64,000 nucleotides of DNA from Leucoraja erinacea (Eukaryota), in contig NC_073377.1 in the NCBI RefSeq assembly GCF_028641065.1, positions 77,934,001-77,998,000 of the forward strand, written 5' to 3'. The notes beneath the pieces are model-generated. The model worked only from the letters and a program-made list of their open reading frames with translations. It did not search any database and had not been told where the DNA came from. Numbering within the stretch: the stretch's first letter is position 1; each line of letters starts with the position of its first letter. Position numbers and translations under genes: made by a program. Positions 48,939 through 59,639 of the stretch are shown here, one piece after another.

Positions 48939-51900
48939 TGTGGTGCGTGGGTCTCGAAAGGAGGCACGAAGTCCAGTGTTTTGAGAAGCACCTTTATTAT
49001 ATTCCTCCCGGTTGTAGGGAAGACGAAACCAGAGGAAGATGGCACCTAAACCCCTGGCTTTTAAACCCTCCGGCTGAGGGCCGCCTCCGGACTGCACCAC
49101 TCCTGTGCCGAGGGGTTCGGCAGTATGATGGCACGACTCTTGGGAGCCGCCACAGGACCCCCCCCCCCAGAACCGGAGGCACAAAACGCACCGGTGGGCG
49201 CACGACCCGGCCGGCCCGCGTGCGGAAGTCAGCAGATCCCGGGGCTTGTGGCGGCGTAGGTGGGGAAACAGGTCGAGGGACCGGCAGAAGGACAGATGGA
49301 GTGACAGGTGGAGGGAGTCGTGAGGGGGGCGCCCTCAGGGCCGAGGTTGGGCAACCAGCACCAGCTGGTCAATGTCCAGGTGCGCCAGCTTCATCACGGT
49401 GCAGGAAAACATACAGGCAGTCCGTGAGGGCCAATGGCACGTGTGGGCGAAATGTCCCATGGCGGGACGTTGGGACGGGTGCGAGCCTGCCAACTCGCTC
49501 GCGAAGGCGTTGAAGGGTGGAGGAGGGCGTTCCCTGCTGCTCCGGTGCCAATGGCACGAACTCCCCGGGCACTGTGAGTGTTGACCCGTACACGAGCTCC
49601 GCCGATGATGAGGCCAAGTCCTCTTTGGGAGCGGTCCGGATGCCCAGCATGACCCACGGCAACTCGTCCATCCAGTCCAGGCCGGAGAGTCGTGCCTTCA
49701 ATGCCGCCTTTAGCTGCCGGTGGAACCTCTCCACCAGACCGTTAGCCTGCGGGTGGTAAGCCGTGGTGTGGTGCAGCCGCACACCCAGCAAGCGAGCCAT
49801 GGCTGACCACAGCTCGGAGGTGAACTGTGGCCCCCAGTCTGAGGAGATGTGCGCCGGCACCCCGAAGCGAGCAATCCAGTGCGTGGACAACGCACGAGCA
49901 CATGTAGCCGTTGAAGTATCAGCCAGCGGAATGGCCTCCGGCCATCGCGTGAAGCAGTCCACCATTGTAAGAAGGTGGGTGATGCCCCGGGACGGCGGGA
50001 GAGGCCCTACAATGTCCACGTGGAGATGGTTGAACCGCCGGTGAGGTAGACCAAACTCCTGGAGAGGTGCGCGGACATGGGCACTGGATTTTTGCCGTCT
50101 GGCACGGAATGCAGGTGCGAGCCCAATGGGCAACCTGCTTGCGCAGACCGTGCCACATGAAACGAGCTGCCACCAGTGCCGTTGTCGCCCGGATTGATGG
50201 GTGAGCCAGTCCGTGGATCACCTCGAACACCCTCCGGCGCCAGGTGGCAGGGACGATGGGGCGCGGCTGACCGGACGACAGATCGCACAGGATTGTCGCT
50301 CCCCCAGGACCGAGAGGGACATCCTCAAGGCGGAGGCCGGAGATGGCAGTCTGGTAGGCGGGCACCTCAACGTCCGTGAGCTGTGCCGCCGCCAGAGCAG
50401 AATAGTCGATTCCGGGCGCCACCTCGAACATGGTGTTTATAGCGGGGCTGGACAATGCGTCGGCCACCCGGTTCACTTTCCCCTCGACGTAGCGGATAGA
50501 TGTGGTGTATTCCGAGATGAGCGGCTTATGGTCGGTGTAGGCGGTGAATGGGCGGCCCTCCAGGAAGTAGCGAAAATGGCGCACAGCCAGGTACACAGCC
50601 AGGAGCTCACGATCGAACGTGCTGTACTTGGTCTGCGCACGGTTGAGGTGCTGACTGAAGAAGGCCAGAGGCCGCCAAACTCCGCCCGTCAGCTGCTCCA
50701 GCACAGCACCAACCGCCGACTCCAAGGCATCCACCGTGAGAGCAGTCGGTGCATCTTCCCGCAGGTGCACCAGCAGCACGGCCCGAGCAAGGGCCTCCTT
50801 TGCACCGTCAAAAGCTGCCCCTGCCTTGTGGGTCCATTCAACGTTCTTGTTCTGCCCACCCGCCAGAAGTTGATACAGAGGCCGCATGACGTGTGCCCCG
50901 GATGGCACAAAACGATGATAAAACGCCACCATGCCGACAAACTCCTGCATGCCACGCACCGTGCATGGGAGGGGAAACCGACGCCTTGCGCAGTTACGCG
51001 GTGGCCGAGGAAGTCAATCTCGGTTACACCAAAACGGCACTTGTCGAGGTTGATGGCCAAACCATGCTCGCTGAGCCGCTGACAGAGCTGCCGAAGGTGG
51101 GCGCAGTGCTCCTGCTGTGAGCGGCTGGCCACCAGGATATCATCCAGGTACACAAACAGGAAATCGAGGTCGCGACAAACCCCGTCCATTAGGCGTTGAA
51201 AGGCCTGCGCAGCGTTCTTGAGGCCGAACAGCATCCGCGTGAACTCGTAAAGTCCAAATGGTGTGATGATCGCAGTCTTGGGTACATCATCCGGATGAAC
51301 CGGGATCTGGTTATAACCCTGTACCAGATCCACTTTTGAAAATATTGTGGCCCCAGCCAAATGGGCGGTGAAGTCCTGGATGTGGGGTACGGGGTATCGA
51401 TCCGCTGTTGTTGCAGCGTTCAGCCGTCGGTAATCCTCGCAAGGTCGCCAGCCCCCGCTTGACTTATGGACCATGGGGAGTGGGGCCGCCCAAGGGCTGC
51501 TCGAAGGGCGGACGATCCCCAAGGTCTCCATTGTGCGGAATTCCCGCCGTGCCAGACGCAGTTTATCCGGCGGCAGTCGGCGTGCTCGTGCATGGAGAGG
51601 TGGGCCGGTAGTCTGGATAAAATGTACCACTCCGTGGCTGGGGGTCGATGATCGAAACTGTGGGGTCAGAATGTCTGGGAACGCGGCCAAGATCCGTGCA
51701 AAGCGGGAGTCCACGGACGCCAGGGGCCGTCCCACCGGTTGATACAAATGCAACGTGATCGGCTCCATCGTAGCAGCGTTGACCAAACGCTGACGCCTGA
51801 CGTCCACCATGAGGGAATGCGCCCGGAGGAAATCGGCCCCGAGCAATGGCTGGGAGACGTCGGCAATGGTGAACCACCACGAGAAATGGCAGGACCCCAG

Positions 51901-52990
51901 CGCTGATGTAAATAGCACCAGCGCCTCATGTTGGTGTTACTTGGAGCGTGCCTGCTTCCGCTGGTGGTGCCTGCAGCTTGCTGGTGCTGGACTGAAGGTG
52001 CAGTACCCCTCACTGCTGCTGGGGGCGATCGTACGGGCCGTCGTGCTGGAGCTGTCACTCCTTCCACAGCTCCCCCGCCCCACCGGAGGAAATCGGGAGC
52101 TGCCGGGGTGATGTCATCAGTGCGCCTGCCGACGGCCAGTGAGTTGACGTCATTAGGGCGCATCGGCCTCAGCGTGACCCTGTCTCTGCTGACGGCCAGC
52201 GCGCTGACGTCATCAGGGCGTGCTATCCACAGCGCGTCGGCGCGCCACCCGAGGGCCCTGAGGTCAGCAAAGGAGGCATCTGTGAGCTGCAGACAAATGT
52301 AGGCCGGCAGCAGATGCAGGTATGTAAATTCGAATAGCAGGCACGGCGTGTGCCCATCCAGTAGAGCCACCATCTCCTTTAGGAGGCTAGATGGCCGTCG
52401 GTCGCCCAGGCCCTCCATATGCAGGATCCTAGCAGCACGCTCCATCCTGCTTAGGCCATAAATCTGGAGCAGGAGCTCCTTAAGCCCAAGATATTTATCA
52501 GTGTCCGGGGGGGCTGCGAGGAAGTCCGTGACCTCTTCAACCGTGTCCTGGTCGAGGGCCCCCACCAGGTAATAGAAGCGGGTGGCATCGATCGTGATGC
52601 CCTGCAGGTTGAACTGGGCCTCCGCCTGCTGGGACCAGATGAGCGGCCGGGTGGTCCAGAAGTTGGGCAGTTTCACCGAGACCGCGTCCAGAGACAGGGC
52701 CGGGCCAGCCTGTGAGGAGGTAGGGCTTTCTCTTCTCTCCATCATGACGCCAATGGAGCGTCGGGGGTCACCAATGTAGTGCGTGGGTCTCAAAAGGAAG
52801 CACAAAGTCCAGTGTTTTGAGAGGTACCTTTAATTATGTTCCTCCCAGTTGTAGGGAAGACCAAACAAGAGAAAGATGGCACCCAAACCCCTGCCTTTAA
52901 ACCCTCTGGCTAAGGGCCGCCTCCGGACTGAACCACTCCCGTGCCAAGGGGTTCGACAGTATGATGGCACGACCCTTGGGAGCCGCCACA
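48939..52990 (-). mobile_element. CsRn1-clade Ty3/Gypsy element with two LTRs (52775-52990 and 48939-49154), internally deleted
   Basis: tRNA-Trp PBS, G-run PPT, gag, [10 protein letters not shown], RNase H, integrase HHCC and D,D,E (HVDIVGP, SSDWGPQF, GLVERFH). Protease active site deleted; frameshifts; no TSD. Confidence 0.93.
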
Positions 52991-53924
52991 ATTGTAATCT
53001 TTCATCGAATTCGATGTTCATTTATTTCATATACTTGAAATTTGCCCTAAACAAAGAACATTTGTGTAGATTAGATTTTCGACGAGACACGGTGTTATTG
53101 GGGACACGCTCATTTTTACGATTGGCTTCGCTACAGCGTACACGCACTACAACCGCATTGCACCAAGCAATGGAAGTTTCATGTAATTTCAACATTTCGA
53201 TTGTAAGCAAGCAGCAAAATTTACGATAGAAGAACTGAAAAATGCAACAAAGTTTTGACTTACCAATAATTCCTAGCCACAAAGAGTGACTATGACATAA
53301 TTCGGAGTATGATGTAAGACACGGGGCCACTGTCTCTTCGACTAATTTCCCAGCTCACAGAAAAAAAAGGCGGCATGTAACCAACTACGAGTCACGTTGT
53401 TTCCATTCACAAAAATTGCGGACAGTCCCAATATAGCCAATATGGGATTTACGACGTGACACAACGGGGAGGTCTTCAAAATGAGACATTGATAAAATAG
53501 GCTGTTTTTATGTCTGGCTGTGGCAGCTTTGGCAGTGGCGTATTTAAGGAAATTCTCATATAACACATAAACAAATGCAGTAAGGACTTTAGGAGGCTAG
53601 AAAATTAAAGCTGCTGCCAAATGAGGCACAGGTGGACTTATGGCAAGCTGGGGAAGCACTTAAGAGGAAACCAATGGAAGAATTTTCCACTTAGAGGATT
53701 TAATGAACATGCAAGAAAACGTATGTAACTCACAGACACCCGAATAGATCTGCTGCCCACATGATTTATCTTGGAGATGAACATGCAATGTAATGCTATT
53801 TGGGCATAACATCACCAACCAAGTTTTATGAGTTGTATCACATGCATTTTGGAAAGATTTACTGTCCAGCACCAAATGAAACAACAGCATCACCATCATG
53901 ACGTGTAATGTTGCATTAATATAA

Positions 53925-54065
53925 GATGTTATGGAGTATGGAGAGAAGGCAGGTACAGGATACTGAGTTGGATGATCAGCCATGATCATATTGAATGGCG
54001 GTGCAGGCTCAAAGGGCCAAATGGCCTACTCCTGCATCTATTTTCTATGTTTCCATGTTTCTATG
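53925..54065 (+). mobile_element. CR1 3' tail
   Basis: Matches 31375-31510. Confidence 0.85.
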
Positions 54066-54984
54066 TTGGTGAGGGCACATTTAGACTATTGTGTTATACA
54101 AAAGATGTTTTCAAGCTGGAAAGGGCGCAGAGGTGATTTACACGAATCTTGCCAAAATCTTGCTTTTCCAACACCTCCCAGTGCTTTCTCTATCATAAAT
54201 TGAGCTGCTAATTTGCAAATCATGCTCCATGCCTTGAACAAGAGTATACTCAGGTACCAATGGAAATGACAGTGGCCTGAATCTTCTCCAGAAAAAAAAC
54301 AGTCACACTGCTGCAACTACATGGAAGCTTTTCACTGCACCTTGGTACATGTGACAATAAACTAAAACAAAAACTGAACTGAACTGAGCTATTGTGTGCA
54401 AGTGTATGTCCCAAACCACCATGCAGCTGATCACCAATTACTTTCCAATGTACTCCATCATTGGACACAACCAAGAACAAAACATCCACACGTTTCCCAG
54501 CACCTTTGTTGGGAACTCTGTTCTCTGAACTAACTGATATAAACACCACCACCTTTGACGGAAAAGGTAAGTGCACTTAAAATTAATTATTTCTTATTCA
54601 ATTGCATTGATTTAAATGCATTTAAATTTATTCAAAGATTTTCTTGTATGTTATTTTTTACTTTTATTTGTTTTCAAATATTTTTCTGAGTGTGCTTAAT
54701 TTTTTGCAATTCTGAGTGTCTGAATGATTGTGAATGGCAGACTTTTACAAATATCCTAGATCTTTGCAGTTTAGGCAGCTGGCAAGCTTGGAGGTGATGA
54801 GGGCTGGTTGGTGGCATAAGCAGCTAACATCCAGTCTGTGGCTGGATTTCCTATCTACAATTGAAATTACCCTGCAATGTGCTAGGTATTTTGCCAATTA
54901 GCTGGAAGGTACGTACCATCCTTGCACAAGTCTGAACTCTCTCCTGGGAAAAGTATATGTATCAGTTTGGCAACGGTAAAGTTC

Positions 54985-55790
54985 GAAGATAGACACAAAA
55001 AGCTGGAGTAACTCAGCAGGACAGGCACCATCTCTGGAGAGAATGGGTGATGTTTCGGGTCAAGACCCTTCTTCAGACCCTTCTAAAAAAGGATCTCGAC
55101 CTGAAACATCACCCATCCCTCCAGAGATGCTGCCTGTCCCGCTGAGTTACTCCAGCTTTTTGTGTCTATCTTTGGTTTAAACTAGCATTTGCAGTTCCTT
55201 TCTACACAACAGTAAAGTTCTATAGCATCTACTAAAGCGCCATATCACCTATCTCATTGGAGACCTTCGGATTATCTTTAATCAGACTTTACTGGACTTT
55301 ATCTTGCACTAAACATTATTCCCTTTATCCTGCATCTGTACACTGTGGGCTGTTTGAATGTAATCTTGCACAGTCTTTCTGGTGACTGGATAGCACGTAA
55401 CAAGAGCTTTTCACTGTACCTCAGTGCAGGTGACTATAAACTGAACTAAACTAAACTGAATTAAACTATTCTAAGAGATTTATTTTACATTCAACATTTC
55501 TTAAACCTGTAAAAATATTTTTTTCAATTGTACCATTGTAATATACGTAAACAAAACCTAAATTTATTTTCAGCTAAAGAGGGAAAATTCTTGTTAGAGA
55601 CAAAATAAACTATAGATGTCATTTAACAAAAAAAAAACCCACAAAGTGCTGAAGTAACTACTGGTCAGGCAGCATCTCTGGAGAATATGGATGGGCGACA
55701 TTTCGAGTTGGGACTAAACATTTGTTCCAACCCAAAACGTCACCTATGCATGTCCTCTACAGATACGGGCTGACCCGCTGAGTTACTCGA
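54985..55790. mobile_element. Penelope pseudo-LTR palindromes (54985-55210, 55595-55790) flanking a LINE 3' tail (55240-55467)
   Basis: Near-perfect inverted arms; tail tttcactgtacctcagtgcaggtgactataaa then (ctaaa)n. Confidence 0.75.
55045..55080 (-). ncRNA. Candidate minimal type I hammerhead ribozyme motif
   Basis: Minus strand gggt CTGAAGA a gggtc tt gaccc GAAA ca TC accc: stem I gggt/accc and stem II gggtc/gaccc. Activity unproven. Confidence 0.55.
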
Positions 55791-55961
55791 AAACTCTTGT
55801 TAATTCACTGTAGTCAGCACAAGTTAGCATTCCTTGAACCATCTCAAAAGGAACAGTCAACACTTTAAATGCTAAGGTACTTTTTCAGCTTGTTTGATGC
55901 ATGCTTACCTCTAGGCATGTCATTTGTTTACATGCACAGCGTCACATCAGTGCTTGTACCT

Positions 55962-56340
55962 TAAGTCATGGAGTCATAGAGGAATACAGCATATAAACAG
56001 TCCCTTCAGCCCAACTCATCCATGTCGGCCCAGATATCCAATCTAAGCTTGTCCCATTTGCTAGCATTTGGTCCATATCCCTCTAAACATTTTTTTTCCA
56101 TGTACCTAGCCAAGTCTCTTTTAAATGTTGTTATAGTACCAGCCTTAACTACCTCCTCAGCCAGTTTATTGCATATGCTGAGTGAAAAAGCTGAATCTCA
56201 GATTCCTCATAAATCTTCCTCCTCTCACCTTAAACATATGTCCGCTGGTTTCCCTACCCCGGGTAAAAGACTGTGCTTTCACGGTATCGATTATTTTATT
56301 CATTTGCATATGATCACCCCTCAACCTCCTGCAATCATGC
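55962..56340 (-). mobile_element. Old CR1 3' end
   Basis: Reverse complement of a CR1 tail with (tatgactc) repeats. Confidence 0.7.
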
Positions 56341-56554
56341 TGAAGAGTTTTTGATTATGGTTGGCATGAGACTGGCACAGAGGTTAGGATGTCCCTTTTG
56401 AGTTTGGATAGTATTCCACACAAAGTGGCATTTGTTATCCACTCTGTGTCTCTCTGGTCTGCATGCCAGCATGTTCCTCTGATATATTCAGTTTGGACCA
56501 TTGCAGTGAAGGGATTAACCAAGAAACTCCCGAGTCTGCTCTCTGTCCTTGTAA

Positions 56555-56726
56555 AGGGCCTGTCAATAGACAATAGACAATAGACAATACGTACAGGAGT
56601 AGGCCATTCGGCCCTTCGATACCACATTCCTGCCTTCTCCCCATATCCCCTGTCTCCGCTATCTTTAAGTCCTATCTCTCTTAAAAGCATCCCACTAACT
56701 AACTAACAGGACAGAAGGCGAGAGAA

Positions 56727-56786
<60 letters not shown>

Positions 56787-57218
56787 TGGGGTGGAGAAGG
56801 CGTGGAGAGAAACTTTTAAGAAGCCAGACATCTTTTAATAAAGTTTTAATAAATTTATCATTACCGGCTGGTTTACTTACTTTTTTTTCTCAACGAGCTT
56901 TACCTTCCATTACCTTCGATTACCTTTGATTGTCTTCAACTACCTGCAATAGCATTACGACCTACCTCGACTAAACCTGCGAGTGAAAAAATATTGTTTT
57001 TTTTCCATGGCGACCTTTTTTTACTCGTGGACATCTTTCAGCATGTTGAAAAAAACGCCGCAACCTAGCTGAGGCCTCAGGTACGTGGGGACTACTCTCG
57101 AGCATGAAGGTGTGTTACAATGACCTCCTAGGACCTCTTGTCGACGATGCTGCCAGTATGAGTTGAGGGCAAACTCTTCTAAACTCGCAAATTAGGTCCC
57201 CGCAGTGGGACAGGCCCT
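56555..57218. mobile_element. PIF/Harbinger-like MITE with poly-G tract; CR1 tail inserted in the left TIR
   Basis: TAA TSD; right TIR agtgggacaggccct; left TIR agggcctgtc|...|ccact split by 56565-56689. Confidence 0.8.
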
Positions 57219-58117
57219 TAACTGTTAGAAGTGAGCTTCCTCCTTCATCTCAGGCACAGTTGTGACAGTGGATGAAAAGTCGCTACAACAGACTTTCCTT
57301 CCACACGGTGGGGCTTTAATTCTTTGAAGGCAGTTTTGGAAAGTACCCCTTTGCACAAACTGTTTTTCCGTTAGCAAGTGTTGTCTGTTAATGTGGTGTT
57401 GGAATTAGTTGGTGAAAGTAATCAATAGAATTCCTTGCATTTGTATAAAATGGGTCAGGGGTTAGCGGGGAGAAGCAGGCACCCAGCTTATTATTACCAA
57501 ACCTAGAAAGGGATAATAAGCAGACTGAGGGACAGAATGAGTAGCCTGCTTATCTGCTTGCTTCAGTTCCATGCTGAACAGTGCATTTCAATTGAGTAAC
57601 TGAGAAAGCAATTTCAGCACCTTTTCAAATCAAATATTGAAAATAATGTAGTGAGAGCAGTATTTCTTATATACCTAAAATCCATCAGGGATTGCATTAG
57701 TGTGATTGTTAATAAAGCATGGTTGTTATAAGACTTATTTTAGATTCATTTTTAGCAGGAGGTATCTCATATAAACAGATGGGTTAAGGGTTAATTATGC
57801 AATCTCATGCTTCCAACCGGGGAGCACACACAGGGGAATGTGGATCAGGAGGAGAGGCAAACATTTTGTGACAAAATTGAAGGTGAATTGAAAGGTGGCC
57901 TTTCAAATCTATGATTGGTTCAAGAGCATAGTTAATGGAAAGTGCGCTGGTGATCTAAACAATGACTTGTGAATCAAGCATTTGGATTGAGAAAGGAAGA
58001 TGAATGAAATGGAAATTAAATGTGTGTGTAGTTGCTGCATCATTAACCTTATCTAAAACTTTTTTTTCTATAAATGAAAACATGATTCTGCACAGTTATG
58101 GGAGGTAATAAATAATA

Positions 58118-58315
58118 GAAGGCTGTGGAGGCCGTCAGTGGATATTTAAGGCAGAGATAGATAGATTCTTGATTAGTACGGGTGTCAGAGGTTATGGGGA
58201 GGAAGCAGGAGAATGGGGTTAGGAGGGAGAGATAGATCAGCCATGATTGAATAGCAGAGTAGACGATGGGCCAAATGGCCTAATTCTGTTCCTATCATTC
58301 ATGATCTTATGATAA
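58118..58315 (+). mobile_element. CR1 3' tail
   Basis: Matches 24055-24250. Confidence 0.85.
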
Positions 58316-59171
58316 CTGGTATACCAGAATAAAAACAGTCATCATTTTAAATTGAAAATTTTTCCAGACTAGTGAATTTCTAAACTTGACCATTGACCAG
58401 AATATTGTCTTCACTCCTTCAACATTATCTTTATTCAAATGTACGAACTACTGAAGGTGATCCCAAGTTCTCTAAATTGCACTTACAGTACTTCTGTTTT
58501 CTGTGAGATGACATAGAAAAAGGAAGTAACTGACAGTTCTGACATTTCTTCCTTTTACAAGTTATAGTTTTATTTGAAAATGGAAGTCAGTTTTTATTTT
58601 ATTGCAGGAACATGGTCTGACAGATTTATGCAGTTAATTCATTGCAGCTGTTTAATAACCTGAGGGGTTAGGAGAAGTCCAGACAGCACACTTTAATTGC
58701 ATTTTTCTCCGTTTCTACTTCATTTCATGAGCTAACTTTGGACAATTACATCTGGCTTTGTTTATCTCTCAAGCAATAAAGGTAATTAAGAACATGAGAA
58801 TCTACGTGAAAGAAAAATATTGCCTAAAGATCACAGGCATACTTTGACATAAAGTACAACCACTTCACCGAAATAGTCTGGAGGACTGGTCCACTGATGA
58901 TCTGCTCTTAAAATAAATATACATATGACACAAATTGGTAGGCATTACCATATTTTTAGCAAGTTTACTGCTGGCCTACAAATTCATAGCTGAATGCAAA
59001 TAACCAATTTGATGATCCCGTGAATAAAAGGAAGGAAGATGTGGGTGATATTTAAAACAAATAATGAGAGAGTGAGTAAATAGAAGGAGTGCCTATTAGT
59101 TGAAGCTGTCAGTCACTCTGCAGCACTTTGGCAAAGGAATTACATTTGAACCATTTTATTCAATTAAACAA

Positions 59172-59400
59172 TTTATGGAATTCCCTGCCACAGAGGGCAG
59201 TGGAGGCCAGGTCACTGGGTGGATTTAAGAAAGAGTTAGATAGAGCTCTAGGGGCTAGTGGAGTCAAGGGATATGGGGAGAAGGCAGGCACGGATTATTG
59301 ATAGGGGACGATCAGCCATGATCACAATGAATGGCGGTGCTGGCTCGAAGGGCCGAATGGCCTCCACCTGCACCTATTTTCTATGTTTCTATGTTTCTAT
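59172..59400 (+). mobile_element. CR1 3' tail
   Basis: Matches 40583-40810. Confidence 0.9.
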
Positions 59401-59639
59401 TCTTGTCTTGCCTTCAGTAAGGATAATTCAGATGGTATGGGAATTGAGGTATTGTGGAAGTTGTAAAGACAGATAGAGATTGAGTCCTCTTCAGCACAAT
59501 GTGTGGCTATTACATGGCCCTGAAGAGCTCTTGTTAGAGAGCTTCATTTCAGCATTCAAATACATTCCACTGGCATCATCCACACCTGAACATAAACAAA
59601 GCAGGAAGCAGGAATGAATTAGAAGGGCTAGTAGGGCCA

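Noticed and set aside
10220-52990. One large inverted segmental duplication linking CR1+Gypsy at 10-13 kb with CR1 and Gypsy at 39-53 kb
   Set aside because: The order of the two parts is swapped, unique flanks are not shared, and each copy has private indels; independent insertions fit better.
54390-54572. Strong donor AAG|GTAAGT with upstream open sequence
   Set aside because: No clear acceptor, stops in all frames nearby, no recognisable protein.
56727-56786. Long poly-G (also poly-C at 29537-29567 and poly-G at 62820-62844) as functional G-quadruplexes
   Set aside because: They lie within or beside repeats, and homopolymer lengths are unreliable in assemblies.
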